This document shows, piece by piece, positions 1 to 9,750 of a stretch of DNA of 64,000 nucleotides; position 1 is the stretch's first letter; the number at the start of each line of letters is the position of its first letter. The stretch comes from Polyangiaceae bacterium (GTDB taxonomy: Bacteria > Myxococcota_A > Polyangia > Polyangiales > Polyangiaceae): the NCBI GenBank assembly GCA_965222375.1, contig CBDCTZ010000016.1:544001-608000 (forward strand), read 5' to 3'. Position numbers and translations under genes: made by a program. The notes under the pieces are model-generated. The model saw only the letters and a list, made by a program, of their open reading frames with translations, did no database searches and had not been told where the DNA came from.

Positions 1-424
1 GTCTCCACTAACCTGCCAAGTTCCACTGCAAAAGTATGTGAACTGTGTGGCTGACGCTATCGCTTCCTGTGGTGGAGCCAAGGAGTGTGATGATGCTGAG
101 CTAGCCTGGACGACGTGCGTTTTGGGTAGCACGCAATGCAGCGGTCGCGGTCTCGGCTCTGGCAACGCAGGCACGGGTAGTGGCGTCGCGATCGAAACGA
201 AGCAGGCGCTGTGCCAATGTGGCGTTCCCGAAGGAGACGCGCCAGCGGGTGCCCCCTGCGCGGGCAGCGGCGACTGCGCTCAGACGTGCTGTCAGAGCTC
301 TTCCAGCACAAACCGGTTTTCAGCTGCTGCATGCATCAAGGGAAAGTGCGGTTCAGCGAGCGAAGTTTGCTCCTTGGCCGAACAGGGGGGCGCGTCTTCG
401 TCCTCACCGGGCTTGTGTGGTTGA
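1..424 (+). CDS. Cys-rich secreted protein, C-terminal part (5' end outside window)
   Basis: Frame is open from base 2 (SPLTCQVPLQKYVNC...) to TGA at 422-424; very Cys-rich like neighbouring lipoprotein tails. Confidence 0.65.
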   Translation, partial: SPLTCQVPLQKYVNCVADAIASCGGAKECDDAELAWTTCVLGSTQCSGRGLGSGNAGTGSGVAIETKQALCQCGVPEGDAPAGAPCAGSGDCAQTCCQSSSSTNRFSAAACIKGKCGSASEVCSLAEQGGASSSSPGLCG

Positions 425-487
425 ACACGACAGCGGCCGAACTCTCAGTGTCGAAACTCTTGTGGTCGTGTATCCTGCGGCCAGGGA

Positions 488-2452
488 ATGCTGCGGGTTC
501 CAAATGGTGACATGGACATGGAGTCCCTCATAGGTACGACCGTCGGTTCGCACCTGAGCGCTGGTGTCTCTTATCGACTGGAGAGGCTGCTCGGTGCTGG
601 TGGGATGGCGGTCGCGTTCTTCGCTCTGCGGCGGGCGCCGGATGGCGATTCACCCGTTGTGTTGAAAGTGCTGCGAGCGGACGTTGTGCGCGAAGTGGGC
701 GCCAATGCGGCGCTCATGGTCAAGAAGGAAGCGGTGGCCCTGGGGCGCTTGAACGAAAACGTGCCGCCTACGCCCTTTGTCGTTCGACTCATTGATACCA
801 GTAACGTGCAGGTGGATTTCGCCGGCGCCCCCCTCGAGCTTCCATGGTTGGCAATCGAGTATGTGCACGGCGGCCCCGAAGGCACGACTCTCGAGCAGCG
901 CGTGGCGCACAGCATCAAACACACGGGCTCCGCGTTCGATCCCGTGCGGGCGGCTCACGCGATGGAGAGCCTGGCATCCGGGCTTTCTGCGATTCATGCC
1001 GTGGATGTGATCCACCGCGACCTGACGCCCGGTAACGTGCTGTGCTGCGGGTTTGGGGATGACGAGATTTTCAAGATTGCGGACTTCGGTATTGCTCGTC
1101 CCGCTGGTATGGCCGCAACTTTCGGTGGCGTCGTTGTGGGCACGCCTGGTTACGCCCCCCCGGAGCAGTTCTTGTTGGATCCTACTCGGATCGGAACGTG
1201 GAGTGACCTGTTCTCCCTCGGGGCGTTGACTTTCTATCTGCTGACCGGTGAGCCGTATTTTGCCTTAGGTGATCCCAGTGAAAGCGTGCGTTTGGCTCAG
1301 AAGAGCGAGCGACGCCGGCTTTCGGGATGTCGCTTCCTATCCCCGGAGCTTGCTAGCCGACCGAACGCCTGTGCCGCGATCGACGCGGCATTGGCGAGCG
1401 CCACCGCCGTGGAGCCGAAGGAAAGACCCCCGAGCCCGGCTGCGCTGGCGTCGATGATACTGCCTCAGCTCCGGCCGCCCTCCGTCCGATCCAAGGAGGT
1501 TCAACGGCCTCCGCGCACCTTGATCGGTGAGGCGTCCACGCTGGTTAGCGGATGGTCGTGGAGCGCGCGCCAAAGGTTGGGGGGCGATCGCGTGATCCGG
1601 CGCGTCGCATGGGATGGGGACGGTCGTTGCCTCGCCGCGACGGGCGCGGGGCTCGCATTCTGGAACGGTACCAGTTGGCTTGCGGCCAAACACCGGGTGC
1701 TGCCGAAGCCGGACAACATCCACTTTGTGCACCGCAGCGGCGCTGGCGCGTGGTTGGTTGGAGGCGTGGGCGCGTTCATTGCCGTGTATACTACGGAAGG
1801 TGTTACCGACGTGATCCACGGGCCCGATTCGAAGGTGACGCTCGAGGAGGCCCGCGGTGACATCAACGATCTGCTCGTGCTGGTCGGTACGCGCGGCGCC
1901 GAACCGCCGCTTCTGTTCGGAATGTCGAGCGGCCGTTGGATCAGGCCGGCCACGATTGAAAGGGCGGCGTCGATCTCATCTCTTGCACAGTTGGATGACT
2001 CTCGTTACCTCGTTACCGGTCGCACGCGGCAGCATGAAGGATTCGTTGCCTTGTACGAACCGCTCATGTGGGAGGTGAAACGCGTCGAGACACCGAGCTC
2101 CCGAGCCTACCTCGCGGTGGCGACCCGCCCGGATATTCGAACTGGCGTCGCCGTGGGTGCTCATGGGCGCACCGTTCGAATCAACGGCGACGAGATCATC
2201 GCCTCCACGGTTGAGGGAGAGCCCGACCTATCCGCAGTAGCTTTGGATGCTGCGGGACGTGCGTGGGCTGCCAGTCTCGGCAGACTCTGGGTTCAGCTTC
2301 CCGACGAACCCGACCGCTGGCGCTGCGCATGGAGTGACTCGAGTTGGAACGTGCCAATCGTCAGTGTGTTTGCCAGCATCGGCTTGGTCATCGCCATGAC
2401 CGCCGACGGTGGGATACTGGAGGGACGTATTGACGGGGGTAGGTCGAGCTAG
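488..2452 (+). CDS. Hanks-type Ser/Thr protein kinase with C-terminal beta-propeller-like region
   Basis: LGAGGMA, VVLK, HRDLTPGN, DFG, GTPGYAPPE; Trp-rich beta-strand repeats in C-half; no clear TM; start may be 512 or 518. Confidence 0.93.
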   Translation: MLRVPNGDMDMESLIGTTVGSHLSAGVSYRLERLLGAGGMAVAFFALRRAPDGDSPVVLKVLRADVVREVGANAALMVKKEAVALGRLNENVPPTPFVVRLIDTSNVQVDFAGAPLELPWLAIEYVHGGPEGTTLEQRVAHSIKHTGSAFDPVRAAHAMESLASGLSAIHAVDVIHRDLTPGNVLCCGFGDDEIFKIADFGIARPAGMAATFGGVVVGTPGYAPPEQFLLDPTRIGTWSDLFSLGALTFYLLTGEPYFALGDPSESVRLAQKSERRRLSGCRFLSPELASRPNACAAIDAALASATAVEPKERPPSPAALASMILPQLRPPSVRSKEVQRPPRTLIGEASTLVSGWSWSARQRLGGDRVIRRVAWDGDGRCLAATGAGLAFWNGTSWLAAKHRVLPKPDNIHFVHRSGAGAWLVGGVGAFIAVYTTEGVTDVIHGPDSKVTLEEARGDINDLLVLVGTRGAEPPLLFGMSSGRWIRPATIERAASISSLAQLDDSRYLVTGRTRQHEGFVALYEPLMWEVKRVETPSSRAYLAVATRPDIRTGVAVGAHGRTVRINGDEIIASTVEGEPDLSAVALDAAGRAWAASLGRLWVQLPDEPDRWRCAWSDSSWNVPIVSVFASIGLVIAMTADGGILEGRIDGGRSS

Positions 2453-2535
2453 AACCGCCAGCGCCGTCAGCGTGCCGCCAACCGAGTTCACGTGGCTACT
2501 GGGATCTTGCGCGCGCCTACAGCCCGTCGAAACTC

Positions 2536-4008
2536 TCACTTGCTCGTGCACGGATCGGATGGTGCTGCCGGCGGCGCTACCGGACCAAGCTGAATCGGCG
2601 CGACTTCGAAACCGAGACCAAGGCTAATGCCATTGCAGGTCTGATTTGGGTTGCCGTTGCTGCCGTCGAGCATGATGTCGCTGGCGGCGCGATATTGCTG
2701 GGCAATGTTCTGGAAAACGGAGTCCTCGCACAGGCTCGCGTCAAGAGCTCCGAAGGACCTCTTCAGCTCGGCGATGAACACTTCTGTATCCACGACACCC
2801 GCGATCACACCGCCACTAGCCTGTGCGCTTGCGCCAGCCCCCGTGATTTGCATGGTGAGGACTGCGTGCTTCAGGGGCAGCGCGATGCCAAACCCGCTGA
2901 TCGGGAAGCTCAGCGTCATGTCAGTGGGTGCCCCGGAGACCCAAACGCTGTCGGACATGTAGGACGCGCTGAAAAGCTTGGGACCGTTCAAGTCGCCACC
3001 GTTGACTGATTCGGCGGTGACCGGCCAAAGGTCGCTGCCGTCGAGTTTTGGTGGCCCGCCCAGGTGCGCCCCAAAGTATATACCGGTTAACACGCCGGAC
3101 TGCGTCGGCTCTGGGCCGAGGTTGCTGAGGCGAACAATCAACGTGCCTTCGCCATCCAGCACCGCCTGCGTCACAGTGGTGCTGACTTCGTTGCCGGTCA
3201 GTTCCTTGGCAACCGGGACAATATTGGCGCCCCAAGAATTGTCGATGCCGTTGTTGCCGTCCTGCTTGACAGCGCCTGGGTTTGCTCCGTTCACCGGCCT
3301 ACAGTGATTGATTCCCTTTGGCGTCGAAATCAAGTGGTCGAGATTGTAGCCGAAGCTCTTCCAGGCGTCTGAAACGACATTGCCATTGCGATCGGTGTCG
3401 CCCCAAAACCAACGTTTGACCGCTAGTACCGTCGGTTGCGCTCCGGTGGCACTTGGACTGCCGGGATCGGTAGGGGGTTGGGCGCCGGGAGCGGTGGGAT
3501 CCACAGTGCCATCGGAACACGTGGATTCGGTGGCGCAGGAGACCGGCACGCACACTCCGGCGACACAGGTTTCTTCGTTCAGGCATGCCACTCCGGAACA
3601 CGCTGAGGACAGTCTGATGGGAATCGTGAGGGAACGGTGCTCCTGGAAACGAAGAGCGCGCCTGGCTTCAATACAACCAGTTACGCTTCCGCTACGGCAT
3701 TGATCCAGCGGGAGCCCGACTGCGGTAACAACCGACACTTCGATCTCCGCGTTGGTTGCCCCTGACGGGACGAGCACCAAAGAGCCGATCTCCCCAGACG
3801 CATCCTGACATGATGAGGTAATTGACACCGGCGCCCTCGCGATGGTCCCTCCGTGTGGACCTACAGTGATGGACGTCCCTCGAACCAGCGCGCACGAAGC
3901 ATCCGTTGACAGCTCCAAGCGGATCTGGGTTGCATCTTGGCACGCTGTCGCAGTGATGCACATGCTCAGAACTCCCCACCGTCTCATTGCATGACGATCA
4001 CATATCAT
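2536..4008 (-). CDS. Lipoprotein, shared N-domain family member 1, with uncharacterised C-terminal domain
   Basis: Lipobox TAC-QDATQIRLELSTD; IGSLVLVPSG; CIEARRALRF; Pro linker; then GDTDRNG / GYNLD / DGNNGIDNSWG / CNGISLGLGF. Confidence 0.85.
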   Translation of the reverse strand: MICDRHAMRRWGVLSMCITATACQDATQIRLELSTDASCALVRGTSITVGPHGGTIARAPVSITSSCQDASGEIGSLVLVPSGATNAEIEVSVVTAVGLPLDQCRSGSVTGCIEARRALRFQEHRSLTIPIRLSSACSGVACLNEETCVAGVCVPVSCATESTCSDGTVDPTAPGAQPPTDPGSPSATGAQPTVLAVKRWFWGDTDRNGNVVSDAWKSFGYNLDHLISTPKGINHCRPVNGANPGAVKQDGNNGIDNSWGANIVPVAKELTGNEVSTTVTQAVLDGEGTLIVRLSNLGPEPTQSGVLTGIYFGAHLGGPPKLDGSDLWPVTAESVNGGDLNGPKLFSASYMSDSVWVSGAPTDMTLSFPISGFGIALPLKHAVLTMQITGAGASAQASGGVIAGVVDTEVFIAELKRSFGALDASLCEDSVFQNIAQQYRAASDIMLDGSNGNPNQTCNGISLGLGFEVAPIQLGPVAPPAAPSDPCTSK

Positions 4009-4169
4009 GTCCGCCTCCCCTTAGCGAGGAACTGTGAAGCACTCTCCGAACCGGTATCGCGAAGCCACCGCGACACAGAGTCAGTTCGGCGGAACCCGGA
4101 TGCGCCGCACAGTGCTCGGCAACCGTGGGGAGCGGCACCTCATTAATCATGGTACGCTACGCCAGGGGC

Positions 4170-5288
4170 ATGCGACTCTCCCGCGTTCGTCTCGGTATCG
4201 TCCTTGTGGCATCCGCTGTGGCAATTAGCGCTGGGATGCCCGCATGTCGATCTCCGACACAGATCGTGTTCGAGCTGAGCACCGACGGTCCTTGTTACAC
4301 GCTGAGCGTGCCGGTCGAACGACGACAAACGGCGATTACGCTCGGTCGGCGTAGCAAGATTGAAACAGCAACTAAGTCGACTGCAAAAACCGAGCAATGC
4401 GACTCTGCTAGTGGACGAATCGGTAGCATTGTCGCCGTGCCCAGCGGCGACAATGATGAAGAGATTGGTGCACGTATCGTTAGCGCGCTAGGAAAGTCGC
4501 CTGCGGACTGCGCTGCAGGCGGAGATGGTCAGTGCATTGTTGCGCGTCGAGCTGTACGGTTTATTCCGAATCGGTCTCTGACGATTCCGATCTTTCTTAG
4601 CCAAGGCTGTGCTGGCGTTGTCTGCGATCCAGATTCTACGTGTGAGAAGGGCATCTGCGTGCCCCTAGGGTGCGCGGGCAAAGGCACATGCGGTGGCGAC
4701 GCGGGGATCGGTGACGCGTCCACAGAAGACGACGCTGCATCGGGTACGGATGGTTCACATGTGGATGCTCCGAGTGATGCTCAGTTGGACGCCTGCGTTC
4801 CGGACTGTGCAGGACGGCAATGTGGGTCAGACGGTTGCGGTGGCAGTTGCGGGCCGTCTGGTGGAGGTTGTCCTGGCGCGAACGACGTTTGCAAGAGTGG
4901 TGTCTGCGTGTGCCAGCCAACCTGCGTCGGGAAACAATGTGGGGATAATGGATGCGGCTCAGCTTGCGGTTCTTGCGGCTCGAACCAGACATGCAGTGCC
5001 GGCACGTGCGTCGGCATCCTAGGTACTTGCGCGACTTGTACCAATTCATCCGAATGTGGGGGCGGTTTGAGCTGCTTAGCACACTGGTCGGATCACGGCA
5101 GCGTGCTTCTCAAGCGCTATTGCGCAGCGTCGTTGCAGTCCCCATCGCGAACCTGCATCGCTCCGAGGACTATTCGATACATCGTGTGTGGTGGAACTTA
5201 CGATGTCGACTGCAACTCGGAGTGCGTGAAGTCCGGCTATTCAGGTGCCATCGGGTGCTTCACGGATGGGACATGTGGCTGTGCGTGA
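4170..5288 (+). CDS. Lipoprotein, shared N-domain family member 2, Cys-rich tail
   Basis: Signal MRLSRVRLGIVLVASAVAISAGMPAC; CRSPTQIVFELSTD; tail with CxGxQCGxxGCGxxCG repeats; alternative start 4149. Confidence 0.85.
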   Translation: MRLSRVRLGIVLVASAVAISAGMPACRSPTQIVFELSTDGPCYTLSVPVERRQTAITLGRRSKIETATKSTAKTEQCDSASGRIGSIVAVPSGDNDEEIGARIVSALGKSPADCAAGGDGQCIVARRAVRFIPNRSLTIPIFLSQGCAGVVCDPDSTCEKGICVPLGCAGKGTCGGDAGIGDASTEDDAASGTDGSHVDAPSDAQLDACVPDCAGRQCGSDGCGGSCGPSGGGCPGANDVCKSGVCVCQPTCVGKQCGDNGCGSACGSCGSNQTCSAGTCVGILGTCATCTNSSECGGGLSCLAHWSDHGSVLLKRYCAASLQSPSRTCIAPRTIRYIVCGGTYDVDCNSECVKSGYSGAIGCFTDGTCGCA

Positions 5289-5381
5289 GTCGTGGTCACT
5301 CCACGCTCTGGGGCATTGTGGTGGCCGTCCTCGTTGGAACCCGAGACCATCTCAGGATGACAACCAACGAAAGAAACCACC

Positions 5382-6002
5382 ATGAAGAAGAGTGCCAGAG
5401 AGAAGAAGAGGAATCAAGGCCAGGGTGTGCCGGAGCAGCGAATGCTCCATTTGGCAGCTGTCATTCGCCGAGACCTTGTACGGCTTCGTCATTGAACAGG
5501 GCCTGCTGGCTTTGGATCACATACTCGAAGAAGACCGTGAGCGTCTGTGTGGCCCGGTGAAGGCGAAGGGTCGTTCGGGCGCACCGGTACGGTGGGGTCA
5601 CCCGGACGCTCGACTGTCGATGGGTGGTCGTCGAGTCGTGGTCAGCCGTCCACGTGTCCGCCAGGAGGGCAAGGAGGTCAAGCTGCCGACCTGGCAGGAG
5701 TTCGCTGACGACGACCCTCTCAACGAGCGCACGGTTGAGCAACCCGTGCTCTGTGTTTCGACACGCGATTACCAGCGGTCCGTCGAAGAGTCGTCTGACG
5801 AGCTTGGTCCGCATGGTGCCAGCAAGAGCGCTGCCTACCGTCGATTCGTGGCAGTGGCCGCGGAACGTCTCGAAAAGTGGAGTCGGCGCGGCCTATCCGA
5901 CATGGGCCTGGTAACCATCATGCTCCACGGCATCGAGGTTGATGAGCAGAGGGTCATCGCCGCTTTGGGTTTCGACGAAAGCGGCACGAAACACCCTCTG
6001 GG
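5382..6002 (+). pseudogene. IS256-family transposase, N-terminal fragment
   Basis: ATG 5382 (MKKSAREKK) with frameshift near 5468; LEEDRERLCGP, GGRRVVVSRPRVR, VSTRDY, SKSA, IMLHG in place of the catalytic xxxDG, AALGFDESGTKHPLG. Confidence 0.8.
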
Positions 6003-6438
6003 TGATGGACGACGATTACTTTTGCAGCCGTCCGGCCCACGGACCAAGTGTGATCTAGGGTCACCGCGTCGTTCCGGACCGGCTCCGGCGGCGCGAGGAG
6101 CCAAACGGTCACGGATGCTCAGGTCAGACTGCTGAGGAAGAAATTGAAGGATGAAAAACAGGTAACGGCGGCGGGTGCGGCGGCCGGGATGAGCGAGCGC
6201 AGCGCACACAACTGGAAGAACGGTCCGCTGCCTCCCAGACGAAGAAGGAGCGGCACCGGCGGACTCGGAAGGACCCCTTCGAAGACGTGTGGGACAGTGA
6301 GGTCGTTCGGTTGCTGGTCGACGATGAGAGTGGCCAGCTCGATGGGACAACAATACTCAAGCACCTTCGTGAGCGGCACGGGGCTCGCTTTGGTCGGGGT
6401 AAGCTACGCACTCTTCAACGCAGCATCCGGGACGGCGG
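6003..6438 (+). mobile_element. istA: IS21-family fragment (left end plus 5' istA pseudogene) nested in IS256
   Basis: Starts TG..GACGACGATT; RBS GAGGAG then ACG (eroded ATG) at 6105; VTDAQVRLLRKK, AAAGMSERSA, RTRKDPFEDVW, LRTLQRSIRD read across frameshifts. Confidence 0.75.
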
Positions 6439-6620
6439 ATGCGCAGCATTTTGCGCAAGGTAAAGCGCTGGCGCGACGGGGCGATGATCAAGCGCTGGGT
6501 TGCTACCGCCCTTCTCGAAGCTGAGCGTGGCTTCCGTAAGGTGCGTGGCTACAAAGGAATGCCTGCCCTTGTTGCCGCCATGAGAGGCGACGCTGAACGC
6601 ATCAACCGCTTGATCACCAA
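6439..6620 (+). pseudogene. IS256-family transposase, C-terminal fragment
   Basis: RKVKRWRDGAMIKRWVATALLEAERGFRKVRGYKGMPALVAAM is a typical IS256 C-terminus. Confidence 0.8.
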
Positions 6621-6795
6621 GACGCAGCTGCCTGATCATCAAGTCCCCAACGAGATCGCCATCTGCGTGATCAACAGGGAGCGGGACAACGCCGAACCGG
6701 TATCGCGAGTTCGGCTGAGCCCAAGTGCGCCGCACAGTGCACTCACAACCGTGGGGAGCGGCACCTCATTAATCATGGTACGCTGCGCCAGGGGC

Positions 6796-8337
6796 ATGCG
6801 ACTCTCCCGCGTTCGTCTCGGTATCGTCCTTGTGGCATCCGCTGTGGCAATCAGTGCTGGGATGCCCGCGTGCCGATCTCCGACGCAGATTGTGTTCGAG
6901 CTGAGCACCGACGGCCCATGTAACACGGTGAGCGTGCCGATCGAACGGCGACAAACCGCCATTACGCTTGGTCGGCGTGGCAAGATTGAGACTGCAACCA
7001 AGTCGACAGCAGAAACCGAGCAATGCGACCCTGCTACCGGGCGCATCGGTACCATTGTCGCCGTACCCAGCGGCGACAATGATGAAGAGATTGGTGCGCG
7101 TATCGTTAGCGCGCTCGGAAAGTCGCCTGCGGACTGCGCTGCCGGCGGAGATGGTCAGTGCATTGTTGCGCGTCGAGCTGTTCGGTTTATTCCGAACCGG
7201 TCTCTGACGATTCCGATCTTTCTTGGCCAAGGCTGTGCCGGCATTGTCTGCGATCCAGATTCTACGTGTGACAAGGGCATCTGCGTGCCTCTAGGGTGCG
7301 CGGGCAAAGGCACGTGCGCCGCAGATGGTGGTGCGGATGCCTCACCTCCGGACGCTGGCTGCTCGCCGAACGATCCCACTATTGGGATCGCATGCATCAC
7401 GGGTCTACCTGGCATATGTGTGAACGGTACCTGGCAGTGTTCTCTTGGAGTGCGGTCGTGCGTCCCCCTCAACCTCCCCGGAACCGTCGTAGAGCAATGC
7501 AATCAAGTGGACGACAATTGCGACGGAGCCGTTGACGAAGGCTGCACGTGTAGTGACGGTGCGGTACAGCCCTGCGGAGAGGACAAAGGTGCGTGTAAGT
7601 CCGGTACACAAACCTGTGCCAATGGGCAGTGGGGTAGCTGTGCGGGTGCGGTTGGGCCGAGCCCAGAGATCTGCAACAACATTGATGACAACTGCAACGA
7701 TCAGGTGGACGAACAGCTGACCAAGACTTGTGGTAGCTCCGTTGGAGCCTGCAAAGTCGGAACCTCCACTTGCAGCGGTGGCTCCTGGGGTGCCTGCGTT
7801 GGCGGAGTCACGTCGAAGTCCGAGACCTGCAACGGACTCGACGACGACTGCGATGGCTCAACGGATGAAGGGTCCGTATGCGAAGACTGCATTCCACTTC
7901 CCAGCAGCACCACATTGTGTCCGCTAAGCCAGCTCAAAGGAGATAAGGACTTCGGTGGCAGTGCTAGCAACCCGAGTCCGATCGTGAATGTGACGGTCAC
8001 ATTCTTCAAGTGCACAAACAATCAAACGGTCTGTGCACACGCCAAAGTCAACATGAGGGAGCCGAAGTCGGACTGGAGTGAAGGCGAGCGGAGCGGGACC
8101 GTGTCGGCCAGTGGCGCGATGAATATCGGGCAGATCTTGGCCAGTACGTTTACGTATAGTTACAGCGACACGGACCACAGCCTCGACATCTTCAACTTCG
8201 CGGCCAGTAGTCCGGTCACGAAGCTCAGTTGCATGGGGGACACCGCAAACGAGGACATCTGCAGCAACCAGTGCATGACCGGGTGCTCTGGGTGTACCTT
8301 GAACTACGGATGCGTTCGGGTAAAATACGCGCCGTAG
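6796..8337 (+). CDS. Lipoprotein, shared N-domain family member 3, with MopE-like metal-binding repeats and a C-terminal globular domain
   Basis: Signal and N-domain nearly identical to 4170..5288; three ExCNxxDDxC[DN]xxxDE motifs; C-domain KGDKDFGG...MREPKSDW; true start 6775 or 6796, not 6439. Confidence 0.85.
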   Translation: MRLSRVRLGIVLVASAVAISAGMPACRSPTQIVFELSTDGPCNTVSVPIERRQTAITLGRRGKIETATKSTAETEQCDPATGRIGTIVAVPSGDNDEEIGARIVSALGKSPADCAAGGDGQCIVARRAVRFIPNRSLTIPIFLGQGCAGIVCDPDSTCDKGICVPLGCAGKGTCAADGGADASPPDAGCSPNDPTIGIACITGLPGICVNGTWQCSLGVRSCVPLNLPGTVVEQCNQVDDNCDGAVDEGCTCSDGAVQPCGEDKGACKSGTQTCANGQWGSCAGAVGPSPEICNNIDDNCNDQVDEQLTKTCGSSVGACKVGTSTCSGGSWGACVGGVTSKSETCNGLDDDCDGSTDEGSVCEDCIPLPSSTTLCPLSQLKGDKDFGGSASNPSPIVNVTVTFFKCTNNQTVCAHAKVNMREPKSDWSEGERSGTVSASGAMNIGQILASTFTYSYSDTDHSLDIFNFAASSPVTKLSCMGDTANEDICSNQCMTGCSGCTLNYGCVRVKYAP

Positions 8338-8358
8338 CTGTTCACTCCCACTTCACAC

Positions 8359-9351
8359 TCAAAAACCAAACAATGGCACCGCGACCTGTCCCGGCGGAAT
8401 CGTGCCTGAGTCGGCGTCCTTTTCGGTGTTCAGAGCGACAACTGTGACCACGCCTGCCACCACCACGACGCCGACGCCGGTCCAGAACCACCACTTCGAG
8501 GTGATGGCGCTTGACTTGTCGAGGTCGATGGTCAGGTCCTTGGTTTCGCCCGCTTTGACGAAGGTCGTGGTTTCGGCATCAGAGTAGTCCGCGTGGGTGA
8601 CGGAGATGATGTGCTTTCCGGGGTCTACTTGGGTTTCGGCCGGCACGACGCCGACGACTCGTCCGTCTACGCTCACACGTGCACCGGCGATGGGGGAGCG
8701 TACGAGGAGGCGCGCGCGGGAGTCCAGGGGTGGCAGGTCCACGCTTATGGTCGTCTCGCGTCCACCCCGAAGCTCAATGCTCTTCTTGAACGGTAGCCGG
8801 CCATCCGCAGTCACCTCTAGAACGGCGCGACCCGCGTTCACCTTTGTCGGTGGTAGTGGTGTTTGTCCGATCACCCGATCCCGCAGCACGACCCGGGCAC
8901 CCCCAACATCCGACTTCAGTCGAAGTATCGAGACTTTGCTGCGGACTTCCATGATCAAGCTGTCGAGCTGTGGGACCTTGCGGAGCACGCGTTTCGGTGC
9001 CTTGGTCTTGAATGCCACGAGTTGCTCGAGCGCTTCGGGATATTGCGACATCGCGGCGTGGGCTCTGCCGCGGTTGTAGAAGAGCCGCGGATCCGGGTAG
9101 GCCTCGTAGGATTGGTTGTACGCGTCCAACGCTTCGGCGTAGCGCATGGAGTCGTACGCCGCGTCGCCCTGTTTCTTCAGGGCTGTGGCTTCTCGCTGGG
9201 ATTTGCTTTGAGCAAAAGCGGGCGAGGGGAAGACCGCGCCCGCGAGCACTATTGCCAACAGCGCACCTATGAGAATCACCCACCGCTTAGCCACGACGCC
9301 GAGTCTAACGCGAGGGGCTCCGTTCGGCCAGTAGGCACCAAGGAGGTGCAT
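8359..9351 (-). CDS. TPR + two PEGA domain protein with C-terminal hydrophobic anchor
   Basis: Signal ending PAFA-Q; TPR (GDAAY...YAEAL...LFYNRGRAH); PEGA motifs GARVxxxxRVIG/VVG; WWFWTGVGVVVVAG; start uncertain (9351 or 9294). Confidence 0.88.
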   Translation of the reverse strand: MHLLGAYWPNGAPRVRLGVVAKRWVILIGALLAIVLAGAVFPSPAFAQSKSQREATALKKQGDAAYDSMRYAEALDAYNQSYEAYPDPRLFYNRGRAHAAMSQYPEALEQLVAFKTKAPKRVLRKVPQLDSLIMEVRSKVSILRLKSDVGGARVVLRDRVIGQTPLPPTKVNAGRAVLEVTADGRLPFKKSIELRGGRETTISVDLPPLDSRARLLVRSPIAGARVSVDGRVVGVVPAETQVDPGKHIISVTHADYSDAETTTFVKAGETKDLTIDLDKSSAITSKWWFWTGVGVVVVAGVVTVVALNTEKDADSGTIPPGQVAVPLFGF

Positions 9352-9439
9352 GGCTCCCTCGTGACTTTGAAGCGAGCAATCTCCAGGGTGGCCAACGCGA
9401 CCTGGCTCACCCGACGCTTGTGGCGAATAGTGGGTCGGG

Positions 9440-9740
9440 ACGCAAGCCTCGGATGGTCGGGCTACGAGCACATGCTCGCCGGTGCGGGCTGAGGGCCGTC
9501 GGTCTCCTCACATAGTTGAGTTTCGACATCCGGCTCCTCGCTTTCGATTCCCGCAGGCGTACCGGCCGTTATGCTCGTCCCGAGCAGACGCGTGCAGCTG
9601 ATGTCAGTGCGGATTTCGACCACAATCGCCGTAGGTTCGCGGCAGGACGACGCGAGCAGGAACATGGTGGCGCACCACAAGGCGAGCGTTCCTCTGGGCG
9701 CCCAGCGACGCCAGCGCTTCAGTTCCGCATCCGCCATCAC
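9440..9740 (-). pseudogene. Truncated lipoprotein, shared N-domain family member 4
   Basis: LLASSC-REPTAIVVEIRTDISC...TSITAG; stops after ~90 aa; the shifted frame reads RTGEHVLVARPS, a relic of RIGSLVLVPS. Confidence 0.7.
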
Positions 9741-9750
9741 GCCGGTGTTC

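Larger units (their letters stand above)
5312..6693 (+). mobile_element. Degenerate IS256-family element (interrupted, internally deleted)
   Basis: IS256-like transposase N-part and C-part; ends GGCATTGT (5312) and CAACAGGGAGCGGGACAACGCC (6693) form imperfect inverted repeats; no target duplication seen. Confidence 0.7.

Noticed and set aside
4048..7318. Diversity-generating retroelement template/variable repeat pair
   Set aside because: Differences are not adenine-specific, the repeat is N-terminal, and no reverse transcriptase is present.
6439..8337. 632-aa transposase-lipoprotein fusion protein
   Set aside because: The N-part is an IS256 remnant read through by chance; the paralog shows the real start at 6775 or 6796.
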